Assembly: GCA_964458305.1 (NCBI GenBank)
Contig: CAYWIH010000002.1
Span: 32,599-96,598, forward strand
DNA length: 64,000 nt
Origin: an uncultured bacterium
Lineage (GTDB): Bacteria > Cyanobacteriota > Cyanobacteriia > Cyanobacteriales > JASJDA01
Reading direction: 5' to 3'
Shown: positions 18,868-27,876 of the stretch, piece after piece
Layout of the letters: every line of letters begins with the position of its first letter
Numbering within the stretch: position 1 is the stretch's first letter
Notes under the pieces: generated by a model
What the model was told of the DNA's origin: nothing
The model's database searches: none
Seen by the model: only the letters and a program-made list of their open reading frames with translations
Made by a program: the position numbers and the translations under genes

Positions 18868-20562
18868 ATGATAGCATTTGCCAAAAAAACAACTATTAAA
18901 CAAGTTGTTCAATCTCAACTAGACACTAAAAAACTTGGGATAGTTGTAGGAGAAAAACCGTTAACCATTGAAGAAGTAGTTAAAGTCGCCCGCAATAATT
19001 GTCAAGTCAAAATCAGCGAAGATGTCAATCTCTTAAAAAGAGTACAGCAATCTTGCGATTACATTAACAACGCAGTAGAAACAGGAGAACCCGTTTACGG
19101 AGTTACTAGCGGCTTTGGCGGTATGGCTAACGTAGTCATTTCCCCGGAACAAGCCATTGAGTTGCAAAATAATTTGATGTTGTATCACAAAGTCGGGGCC
19201 GGAGCAAAATTACCACTAGCAGATATTAGAGCGGCGATGTTGTTGCGGATGAATTCTCACTTACAAGGAGCATCGGGAATTCGTCTCGAATTGATTCGAC
19301 GCATGGAGGTGTTCTTAAATGCGGGAGTTACCCCTCACGTTCCTGAATTTGGTTCGATCGGTGCTAGTGGAGATTTAACTCCTTTAGCCTATATTTGCGG
19401 TGCGATTACAGGATCTCACAAAAATTATCTAGTTGATTTTAACGGAGAAGAGACAGACGCACCCACAGCATTAGAACGTTTGGGCCTCTCACCGATGCAA
19501 CTCCAGCCCAAAGAAGGCTTAGCAATGATGAACGGGACTTCCGTGATGACAGGAATTGCCGCCAACTGCGTTTGGGACGCGCAAACTTTCTTATCCTTAT
19601 CAATGGGTGCTCATGCCTTAATGGTTCAAGGTATGAACGGAACTAACCAATCTTTCCATCAATTCATTCATAACTGCAAACCCCATCCCGGACAAAAATG
19701 GGCAGCAGCAACCATGCTAGAGCTGATAACTGGTTCTGAGCTAATTCGCAACGAATTAGACGGATCTCATGACTATCGAGGAAATCGACCGATTCAAGAC
19801 CGCTATTCTTTGCGTTGTTTGCCCCAATATTTAGGCCCGATCGTCGATGGGATCGAGCAGATCGCCGCGCAAATCGAGACTGAAATTAACTCCGTCACCG
19901 ATAACCCTTTAATCGACATCGATCGACAAGTTAGCTATCATGGCGGCAATTTTCTCGGTCAGTATATCGGTACGGGAATGGACAATCTGCGGTATTATTT
20001 AGGGTTGCTAGCCAAGCATTTAGACGTTCAAATTGCCATGCTAGTAGCACCAGAATTTAACAACGGATTGCCCGCTTCTTTAGTAGGAAATCCCGATCGC
20101 AGCGTCAATATGGGTCTTAAAGGGTTGCAGATAACTGGTAATTCTTTGATGCCACTTTTAAGCTTCTATGGCAATTCTTTAGCCGATCGTTTTCCTTCTC
20201 ACGCAGAACAATTCAATCAAAATATTAACAGTCAAGGATTTGGTTCGGCTAATTTAACCCGCAGCTCTTTAGAAATTGCTCGGCAATATATGGCGATCGC
20301 TTTAATGTTTGGAGTTCAAGCTGTCGATTTAAGGACTTATTTAATTAAAGGACATTACAACGCCACTGAATTTTTATCTCCAGCCACCAAACCGCTATAC
20401 TTAGCAATTCGCAATGTCATTGGCAAACCACCAACAGCCCAAAAACCATATGTTTGGAACGATGACGAACAATTTTTAGACGAACATATCGCTAAAATTG
20501 CTGCAGATCTTGCCGCACAAGGAGAAATAGTCGGAGCGATCGACAGAATTTGCCGGATGTAA
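18868..20562 (+). CDS. MIO-dependent aromatic amino acid ammonia-lyase (PAL/TAL/HAL family)
   Basis: 564 aa. MIO-forming triad in FGSIGASGDLTPLAYI. Also YGVTSGFGGMANV. Length and layout are like cyanobacterial PALs. Confidence 0.9.
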   Translation: MIAFAKKTTIKQVVQSQLDTKKLGIVVGEKPLTIEEVVKVARNNCQVKISEDVNLLKRVQQSCDYINNAVETGEPVYGVTSGFGGMANVVISPEQAIELQNNLMLYHKVGAGAKLPLADIRAAMLLRMNSHLQGASGIRLELIRRMEVFLNAGVTPHVPEFGSIGASGDLTPLAYICGAITGSHKNYLVDFNGEETDAPTALERLGLSPMQLQPKEGLAMMNGTSVMTGIAANCVWDAQTFLSLSMGAHALMVQGMNGTNQSFHQFIHNCKPHPGQKWAAATMLELITGSELIRNELDGSHDYRGNRPIQDRYSLRCLPQYLGPIVDGIEQIAAQIETEINSVTDNPLIDIDRQVSYHGGNFLGQYIGTGMDNLRYYLGLLAKHLDVQIAMLVAPEFNNGLPASLVGNPDRSVNMGLKGLQITGNSLMPLLSFYGNSLADRFPSHAEQFNQNINSQGFGSANLTRSSLEIARQYMAIALMFGVQAVDLRTYLIKGHYNATEFLSPATKPLYLAIRNVIGKPPTAQKPYVWNDDEQFLDEHIAKIAADLAAQGEIVGAIDRICRM

Positions 20563-20636
20563 CCTCAATAAAATCTATCTCCGAATGAGATAGATTATCC
20601 AGCAAAAATAAATTTAGATAAAGAGAATTTTCAGTC

Positions 20637-22148
20637 ATGAATATCGCGCAACATATAGAAAAAGCTTCTCAATTTTTACCTGACAAAACTGCATTAATTT
20701 TTGAAGATCGAGCTTACACCTACCAACAATTAGATCGCTTAATTAATAGACTCAGCAACGGCTTCAAGAAAAAAGGAATTCAAAAAGGCGATCGAGTAGC
20801 ACTTTTCTTACCAAATATTCCCGAATTTATTATTGCTTATGCCGCGATTTTAAAGCTCGGAGCAATAGCAGTTTCTCTCAATGTAATGCTCAAAAGCAGC
20901 GAAACCACCTACATTCTTAACGACTGCACCGCTAAAGCCATAATTACCACAGAACAACTTTGCGAACATATTAGCCCAGCAGACTTACCCTATCTCCAAC
21001 ATATTTTCGTTGCTGAAGCCAAAGCCAGTAAAGCAGTTAGTATCTATCAACTAATAATTAATGCTTCCCCCGAAGCCAAAGCAATAAAAATGCAACCATT
21101 AGATCCGGCTGCGATCGTCTATACTTCTGGAACTACTGGCTTCCCCAAAGGTGCAACGCTGTCCCACGGCAACATTATTTCCAATATGTACGCCCAAAAC
21201 CGTTGTTGCGAAATGACTGCAGAAGATCGCTTGCTGCTATACGTCCCTTTATTTCATTGTTTCGGTCAAAATGCCATTCTCAACTCAGGATTTAATATCG
21301 GTGCGACGATCGTATTGCAAGGCAGATTTAATTTAGAACGGATTTTAGAGGCGATCGCAAAAGAAAAGATAACCATGTTCTTCGGCGTGCCTACAGTTTA
21401 TATTAAGCTGTTAAATTCTAACTTCTGCAAATCCGATTTGAGTTCGGTACGCTTTTACTTTTCTGCAGCAGCATCGATGCCAGTAGAAATTGCTCGCCGA
21501 TGGGAACGAGAAAGTGGATTAAAAATTTACGAAGGATACGGTTTAACAGAAACATCTCCCTGCGCTTGTTACAACCACCCCAAAAAATACAAATTCGGAT
21601 CGATCGGCACTCCGATTGAAAACGTAGAAATGAAAATCGTCGATGGGGATGGTAAAGAAGTCGCCCCAGGAAGATTGGGTGAAATTGTCGTGCGCGGGCC
21701 TAATGTAATGTTGGGTTACTGGAATCGTCCTTTAGATAACGAAAAAGCAATCCGTAATGGTTGGTTTCATACCGGAGATATCGGACGTAAAGATGAAGAT
21801 GGCTATTTTTACGTAGTCGATCGACTCAAAGATATGATTAACGTTTCTGGATTTAAAGTATATCCGGCAGAAGTCGAAAACGCAATCTATCAACATCCTG
21901 CAGTCGCTGAAGTAGCAGTTTACGGAATTCCCGATCCAGTCAAAGGAGAAGTAGTTAAAGCCAATATTATCCTCAAACCTGGTTATACCCTCAGCGAAAG
22001 AGAAGCGATCGCCTTTTGTTCGGAAAAGATAGCTGCTTACAAACGACCTTATTCGATCGAATTTGTCGATTCGATTCCCAAAAATGCCACCGGAAAAGTA
22101 ACTAAATTAGTCTTGCGCCAAAAACAAGCTTCAGTTTTGGCCTGCTAA
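20637..22148 (+). CDS. Adenylate-forming acyl-CoA ligase (4-coumarate/cinnamate:CoA ligase-like)
   Basis: AMP-binding motifs YTSGTTGFPKGATLSH, GYGLTETS, TGDIGRKDEDGYFYVVDRLKD and the terminal PKNATGKV. Confidence 0.9.
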   Translation: MNIAQHIEKASQFLPDKTALIFEDRAYTYQQLDRLINRLSNGFKKKGIQKGDRVALFLPNIPEFIIAYAAILKLGAIAVSLNVMLKSSETTYILNDCTAKAIITTEQLCEHISPADLPYLQHIFVAEAKASKAVSIYQLIINASPEAKAIKMQPLDPAAIVYTSGTTGFPKGATLSHGNIISNMYAQNRCCEMTAEDRLLLYVPLFHCFGQNAILNSGFNIGATIVLQGRFNLERILEAIAKEKITMFFGVPTVYIKLLNSNFCKSDLSSVRFYFSAAASMPVEIARRWERESGLKIYEGYGLTETSPCACYNHPKKYKFGSIGTPIENVEMKIVDGDGKEVAPGRLGEIVVRGPNVMLGYWNRPLDNEKAIRNGWFHTGDIGRKDEDGYFYVVDRLKDMINVSGFKVYPAEVENAIYQHPAVAEVAVYGIPDPVKGEVVKANIILKPGYTLSEREAIAFCSEKIAAYKRPYSIEFVDSIPKNATGKVTKLVLRQKQASVLAC

Positions 22149-22199
22149 ATAATAGTTTTTTTTCACTTATCAAAAATTAAATTTAAAATTACCTGACCT

Positions 22200-23987
22200 A
22201 TGACCCTTCAATCGGATTCCAACTCTTCAGTTACAGTAGAGCCTTCATCTGGATCGTCAATTTTTTCCCACTCTAAATCCTCCGCCAATAGCCCGGCGAT
22301 CGCCAAAAATTCCCTTGCCAAAACTACAGTAGCAGAAGCTTTAGTAAAAATCTTCAATAAATTAGGAATTAACTCTGCTTTTGGAGTATCTGGCGGCGGT
22401 ATCGGCCCTTTGTGGGCAACTTTAGCAGCCAGTCCCATTCAAGTAGTACATTTTCGTCACGAAACTGGAGCAGCATTTGCCGCGATAGAATCATATTTTG
22501 CTAGCGATCGCCCGGTGGTAGTTTTTACGACTACCGGCCCCGGCATTACTAACGCCCTAACTGGATTGCTAGCTGCTAGAGGAGAAGGGGCTAAAGTAAT
22601 TTTAATCTCGGCTTATACCTCTTCAGGCAATCGCGGGCGATGGGCTTGTCAGGAAACTAGCAGCTACACCTTACCCCAAGAAGGAATTTTTACCTCCGGG
22701 TCTCTATTTGATTACGCAACTATTGTAGAAAGTGCCGATCGATTGCCAGAAATCTCGCGACGCTTAGCTATCGGTTTGACCCAACCAGGTGGATTTGTCG
22801 CCCATATCAGCGTTCCTACCGCAGTTCAAACCAGTCAAACTTCAGTATCGTTAGCACCCTTAAATTTCTCTCGCAGTTTGGCAACTGCTAACCAAGAAGC
22901 GATCGCTCAATGTGCTAAATGGATTTCTGAAAACTCCTGCGGGATCTGGATTGGCTTTGGCGCGCGCCAAGATGCCCGAGTTATCCGCCAACTAGCCGAA
23001 AAAACCGGAGCGGCAGTGATGTGTTCCCCTCGCGCTAAAGGAATTTTTCCCGAAAATCATCCTCAGTTTGTTGGGGTAACTGGTTTTGCCGGCCACGCTT
23101 CGGTATTGGAATATATGGAAAAGCACCGTCCTGAATGGATTTTAGTTTTGGGTACGCGTTTGGGCGAGCCTACTTCATTTTGGAATCCGACTATGATTCC
23201 GACACGAGGCTTCATTCAGGTAGATATCGACCCGAAAGTAGCCGGAGTTGCTTATCCCGATGTAGAAACTTATTCGATTCAATCTGAGATCGGAACTTTT
23301 GTCAAAGCATTATTGCAACATTTTCCCCAAGATCTCAAAAGATCGATCGGATCGCCTTTACCTCGACCGAAACTATTCAAAGCTAGTTCCCACACCAACG
23401 AATTAGTCAGACCAGCCGTACTGATGGCAGCGATTCAGCAACAAATCGTTAAAAAAAGCAATGCGATCGTGCTGGCCGATGCTGGCAACTCTTTTGCTTG
23501 GGCAACCCATTTTCTCAAATTCGATCGACCCTTACGCTACAGGATTAGCACCGGAGTAGGAGCGATGGGTCATGCAGCGACAGGGGTAGTAGGTGCAGCT
23601 CTAGCCTCTAATAATAAAGCAGTTGCGATCGTCGGCGATGGTTCGATGTTAATGAACTGCGAGGTGAGTACGGCAGTTAAATTAAGAGTTCGAGCAGTTT
23701 GGATCGTACTCAATGACGGTCGTTACAATATGTGCGCTCAAGGCGCAGCAATGCAAGGTTTTTCGGCAGTAGATACAGAAATTCCCGAGACTGATTTTGT
23801 CAAAATTGCCAAAGGTATGGGGGCTGATGGGATTCGGGTCTGCAAAGAATCGGAACTAGCTCCAGCAATAGAAAAAGCGATGGCTTCGGGCTTACCTTTC
23901 GTGGTGGATGTCACGATCGACCCCAGCCAAAAAGCACCGATTGGCAGTCGTATTACCAGTTTAAAAGCTCAAGGAGCAGAACTATAA
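22200..23987 (+). CDS. Thiamine-diphosphate-dependent enzyme (acetolactate synthase/acyloin synthase-like)
   Basis: PYR domain with catalytic Glu in VHFRHETGAAFAA. ThDP-binding motif IVGDGSMLMN...WIVLNDGRYNM. No small-subunit (ilvN-like) gene adjacent. Confidence 0.85.
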   Translation: MTLQSDSNSSVTVEPSSGSSIFSHSKSSANSPAIAKNSLAKTTVAEALVKIFNKLGINSAFGVSGGGIGPLWATLAASPIQVVHFRHETGAAFAAIESYFASDRPVVVFTTTGPGITNALTGLLAARGEGAKVILISAYTSSGNRGRWACQETSSYTLPQEGIFTSGSLFDYATIVESADRLPEISRRLAIGLTQPGGFVAHISVPTAVQTSQTSVSLAPLNFSRSLATANQEAIAQCAKWISENSCGIWIGFGARQDARVIRQLAEKTGAAVMCSPRAKGIFPENHPQFVGVTGFAGHASVLEYMEKHRPEWILVLGTRLGEPTSFWNPTMIPTRGFIQVDIDPKVAGVAYPDVETYSIQSEIGTFVKALLQHFPQDLKRSIGSPLPRPKLFKASSHTNELVRPAVLMAAIQQQIVKKSNAIVLADAGNSFAWATHFLKFDRPLRYRISTGVGAMGHAATGVVGAALASNNKAVAIVGDGSMLMNCEVSTAVKLRVRAVWIVLNDGRYNMCAQGAAMQGFSAVDTEIPETDFVKIAKGMGADGIRVCKESELAPAIEKAMASGLPFVVDVTIDPSQKAPIGSRITSLKAQGAEL

Positions 23988-24006
23988 ATTATTAAGGAGA
24001 TTGACA

Positions 24007-25158
24007 ATGAACTTTAAACCTGTAGGAATTAAGGCGATCGCCGTTACTTTTCCCAGCATCATCCGCACTAACGATTATTATCGAACTTATTACCCCGATT
24101 TAGTTGTCAAAGCAGAAGAAAAAACCCTAGCACGAACTTTTTCGGTAACTCAATCTAATTTTGACAATAAAGCCGCCGATATCTGGACTGAAGAAATGAC
24201 ACCATATTTATCAGATCCCTTTCGCGGTACTGTCGAACGTCGAGTATTTAGCCCCGAAGAATCTGCCCTTTCAATTTCCGATCGAGCCGCTCGAGATGTT
24301 CTCGAAGCAGCCAAGCTCGGCCCCGAAGATATCGATTTAATGCTGGTTGCTACGATCTTTCCCGATCGAGTCGGGCCTGGAGATGCGGCATTCTTGGCAC
24401 GGGAACTCGGTTTGCAAGGAGCTGCCTGGAATTTAGAATCTACTTGTTCGAGCGCGTTAGCAGCCTTACAAACTGCTGCGGCGATGGTTCGAGCCGGAGA
24501 ATATCGCAATGTGTTGGTGGTGATTTGTACTAACTACTCCCGGTTTACTGACAAAAACGATACTCTTTCTTTTCTTTCCGGTGACGGTGCGGGTGCTTTT
24601 GTAGTTAGTTCCCTCGAGGGCGATCGGGGCATACTCGGAACTCAAATTATCAATACTGCTTCGACTTGCGAAACTTTTTATAACGAACTAACCGCAGATG
24701 AAACAGGAAACCCGCAAATATTTATTAGAGCGCGTAAAGGTGCTGGAAAAATATTAGCAGAAACCGCAGTTCCATTAGTCCGAGAATGTTGTGAAAAGGC
24801 TGTAAAAGCTGCTGGTGTCAGCCTCGATGAAATTGATTTCTTTGCTTTCAATACTCCTACTGCTTGGTACACCAATGTTTGCACTCGGGCATTAGGAATC
24901 GATCGCGATCGCACCCTCAACCTCAACCCTTTATATGCAAACATCGGCCCGATGTTACCTGTAGCCAATCTTTATCACGGAGCAGAATCGGGGAAAATTC
25001 GCGAAAACGACCTAGTTCTGGTCTATACCATTGGTTCGGTATCGAATGCAGCCGCTAGCGTTATGCGCTGGGGCAAAGTAGCCCTCGGCCCCGCTCCCGC
25101 ACCGGCAATAACCTCAGCAGCACAGCTCGAGCGAAGTTTAGAAACCGCTCGCGTTTAA
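24007..25158 (+). CDS. KAS III (FabH)-like thiolase-fold enzyme, non-canonical active site
   Basis: AAGGAG RBS lies 7 nt before ATG 24007. Nucleophile Cys in WNLESTCSSALAAL. The HQAN position reads FAFNTPTAW. Asn-containing YANIGPM. 383 aa from this start. Confidence 0.8.
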   Translation: MNFKPVGIKAIAVTFPSIIRTNDYYRTYYPDLVVKAEEKTLARTFSVTQSNFDNKAADIWTEEMTPYLSDPFRGTVERRVFSPEESALSISDRAARDVLEAAKLGPEDIDLMLVATIFPDRVGPGDAAFLARELGLQGAAWNLESTCSSALAALQTAAAMVRAGEYRNVLVVICTNYSRFTDKNDTLSFLSGDGAGAFVVSSLEGDRGILGTQIINTASTCETFYNELTADETGNPQIFIRARKGAGKILAETAVPLVRECCEKAVKAAGVSLDEIDFFAFNTPTAWYTNVCTRALGIDRDRTLNLNPLYANIGPMLPVANLYHGAESGKIRENDLVLVYTIGSVSNAAASVMRWGKVALGPAPAPAITSAAQLERSLETARV

Positions 25159-25197
25159 TTTCTCTTTATCGCAAACAATATTTTGAGGAAAATAGTC

Positions 25198-26583
25198 ATG
25201 AAAAAAATAGACGGTTTTAAAACTCCCCACTGGTGGCAAACCCTTCAATTTGTCCTTAATAAAGTAGGCTATTTGGGAGCAGCAAAAGAGCGTTACGGTG
25301 GTGAGATCTTCACTACCCGAGTCTTTAGTGGCGATCCTGCCGTTTTTATCAGCAACCCAGAAGTAATTAAAGAGCTTTTCACCACTCACAGCAAACATCT
25401 TCAGCTCGATAATAAACTGACAAATTTTAGAAGACCCATTATGGGGGAAAACTCGATCTTTCTGCTCGAAGGAGAGCAACACGATCGCTATCGCAAGCTT
25501 TTGATGCCGATTTTTCGTCCCGATCGGATTAAAGTTTACGGGCAAATGATAAGTGAAACAACTAAAAAAGTTATCGATAAGCTGCCGACAGATAAAGTTT
25601 TTTCTCCTCTTAACGCCACCAATGAGATTACCTTAAATCTGATTATGGATATTGTTTTTGGTTGGTCAGATCGAGAACGGGGCGAACAATTTCGCAAAGT
25701 GTTATTAAAACTCGAAAAAGATGTTCGTTTTGTGCCTATCATTTATGCTAGCTTTTTTCCATCTCTGCAATGGAATTTAGGGCCGTGGAGTCCTTGGGGA
25801 TTTCTCATCGAGACTCGACAGCAAATGGATCGATTAATCCATGCAGAAATTCAAGCACGTCGCCAGCAACCTGAGACCGATCGACACGATATCTTATCAT
25901 TGCTTCTCTTAGCTCGCGATGAAGACGGCCAGCAGATGAACGATTCGGAGTTACTAGATAACTTAAGAACGCTGCTTTTAGCCGCTCATGGGACGATAAG
26001 TGGTGCTATGGCTTGGTCTTGGTATTGGGTTCATAAATATCCAGAAGTTCGCGATCGACTTATCGAAGAAATCGCTAGTCTCGGCGAGTCTCCCGATCCG
26101 ATCGCTATTTACCAATTGCCTTATCTTACAGCAGTTTGCAATGAAATCTTACGACTTTACCCACCCGATCCAGTAACGACAGTTGGTGCAAAGAGAGTAA
26201 TAGAGCCTTTCGAGCTGATGGGTTATAAATTCGAGCCGGGTATGTTTGTCTGCGCGTGCATCAAAATGTTGCATTATCGCGAAGATGTGTATCCAGAACC
26301 AAACAAATTCAACCCAGAGCGTTTTATAGAACAAAAGTTCTCGCCTTACGAGTATATGCCTTTTGGTGTTGGTGCGCGTCGCTGTATCGGTCAGGCTTTA
26401 GCCCAGTTCGAATTGAAGTTAGTTCTAACTACCATTGTCTCATCTTATCAACTCGAGCTTGCCGATAATAAGTTACCGCGTTCTTTTCCACCAGGAACTG
26501 AAGTTGCTCCTCTTACTAAAATGCTCAAAAAATCTCTTCGTCAAAATTCTCAGCCAAATAAAGCTTTAATCGAAGTTGGTTGA
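25198..26583 (+). CDS. Cytochrome P450
   Basis: Heme loop FGVGARRCIGQALA, ExxR (EILR) and I-helix AAHGTISGA. GAGGA RBS before ATG 25198. The N-terminus resembles cyanobacterial CYP110-type proteins (from memory). Confidence 0.9.
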   Translation: MKKIDGFKTPHWWQTLQFVLNKVGYLGAAKERYGGEIFTTRVFSGDPAVFISNPEVIKELFTTHSKHLQLDNKLTNFRRPIMGENSIFLLEGEQHDRYRKLLMPIFRPDRIKVYGQMISETTKKVIDKLPTDKVFSPLNATNEITLNLIMDIVFGWSDRERGEQFRKVLLKLEKDVRFVPIIYASFFPSLQWNLGPWSPWGFLIETRQQMDRLIHAEIQARRQQPETDRHDILSLLLLARDEDGQQMNDSELLDNLRTLLLAAHGTISGAMAWSWYWVHKYPEVRDRLIEEIASLGESPDPIAIYQLPYLTAVCNEILRLYPPDPVTTVGAKRVIEPFELMGYKFEPGMFVCACIKMLHYREDVYPEPNKFNPERFIEQKFSPYEYMPFGVGARRCIGQALAQFELKLVLTTIVSSYQLELADNKLPRSFPPGTEVAPLTKMLKKSLRQNSQPNKALIEVG

Positions 26584-26636
26584 TTAATTGCAGTAGTCAT
26601 TAAGTTTTTCGTTTTTTCTCAAAAGGTAAATTAAAA

Positions 26637-27764
26637 ATGTTCAAAATTTATTTCACTCTTCTCAATAAAATCTGGAAAAAATTTGGCTTTTCTGGGCCGT
26701 TCTTATTTTGGGGTTTATTGATACCGCTTCGTCTATCTTTTACTCATTTCACCTTATTTTTGGACAGAATATTTTTCCCAGGATACCGTAAGAAAAAGAT
26801 TGTCAATCCAGTTTTTATTATTGGTTGTCCTCGAAGTGGCACGACTTTTTTACACACATTATTGACAGAAACAAGAGATTTTTCTGTATTCGAGACTTGG
26901 CAACTTATTTTCCCTTCTTTGACAGCAAGAGCTTTGGTAAAACCAATAGTCAATCATTTAGTTAAAACTAATCGCTCCACGATTATGGATAAAAGTAAAG
27001 GTCATGAAATGTCTCTGAATAAAATAGAGCATGATGAATTTTTATTTTTACATAAAATCGAAATGTGTGGATTTAGATTTGCCTCTTTACTAGCAAAAGA
27101 ATTTGAAAATGGCACTAAAATACCAGAATTAGATATTCCCGATCGCCAACCAAAATATCTGCGCGATAAGTCAATGGATTTTTTCAAAGGTTGTCTTCAG
27201 CGACAGTTATATTACACGGGAAAAGATCGCCTCATCGCTCACGTTCATTTTTCTACTTTAAGATTGAAAACTTTGCTTAAGGCTTTTCCTGATGCTAAGT
27301 TTATCTATTTAGTTCGATCGCCTTACGAAGTTATTCCTTCTTATACTTCTTTCTTTACCAAGGTTGGTGCAACAAAGCAAGTGTTTTTTACACCAAAAGA
27401 TTCGTTATATCAAGAAGTTCTTCAGTATTATCGCTATTTCTACGAACTCCAACAAAATCAAGAAATTCCTCCAGAAAATTACACTGTTGTAAGATACGAA
27501 GACTTGTGTTCTAACCTAGAAGAAACTTTTGCCAAAATAGTCGCTTTTACCGGAATCAAACCGAGCCAAGCACTGAAAGAATCTGTCGAGCAAAAGAGTA
27601 AAAAACAAAAAAATTATCGACGCAAGCACAAAAATTTAACCCTAGAAGATTTGGGATTAACTAAAGAAAAAATAGCTGAAGATTTCTCGTTTGCTTTTGA
27701 GAAGTATGGCTGGAGCGAACCCCAAGCAAAAACTGAGAAAATATCCGTTAGCTCGGAATTATAA
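26637..27764 (+). CDS. Sulfotransferase with N-terminal hydrophobic anchor
   Basis: N-terminal hydrophobic stretch FSGPFLFWGLLIPLRLSF. 5'-PSB IIGCPRSGTTFLHTLL. 3'-PB YLVRSPYEVIPSY. Confidence 0.8.
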   Translation: MFKIYFTLLNKIWKKFGFSGPFLFWGLLIPLRLSFTHFTLFLDRIFFPGYRKKKIVNPVFIIGCPRSGTTFLHTLLTETRDFSVFETWQLIFPSLTARALVKPIVNHLVKTNRSTIMDKSKGHEMSLNKIEHDEFLFLHKIEMCGFRFASLLAKEFENGTKIPELDIPDRQPKYLRDKSMDFFKGCLQRQLYYTGKDRLIAHVHFSTLRLKTLLKAFPDAKFIYLVRSPYEVIPSYTSFFTKVGATKQVFFTPKDSLYQEVLQYYRYFYELQQNQEIPPENYTVVRYEDLCSNLEETFAKIVAFTGIKPSQALKESVEQKSKKQKNYRRKHKNLTLEDLGLTKEKIAEDFSFAFEKYGWSEPQAKTEKISVSSEL

Positions 27765-27794
27765 TCGCTCTTTCAGGAATATTATTCGAACGAT

Positions 27795-27840
27795 TTAGGG
27801 TATAAAAAAATAATTTTTTACAAATTTATACCCTAAGTTT
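27795..27840 (+). terminator. Hairpin/terminator-like element between the sulfotransferase and MATE genes
   Basis: Perfect 12-bp inverted repeat TTAGGGTATAAA (27795-27806) / TTTATACCCTAA (27825-27836) with an AT-rich loop, followed by GTTTT. Confidence 0.4.
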
Positions 27841-27876
27841 TCCAAACATCGCGATCTTTCAAATTAAGCACTAAAA

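Noticed and set aside
18644-18871. 75-aa ORF overlapping the Arg-rich peptide ORF and ending in an ATGA overlap with the ammonia-lyase start (possible coupled leader ORF)
   Set aside because: It has no RBS and no recognisable features, and it overlaps the ORF with the convincing signal peptide. It cannot be fully excluded, but there is not enough support to annotate it.
24150-25545. Antisense or out-of-frame ORFs 24150..24509(-), 24678..24968(-), 24864..25058(+) and 25138..25545(-)
   Set aside because: They are embedded in the KAS III-like and P450 genes, which have clear catalytic motifs in the other frame. No independent signals support them.
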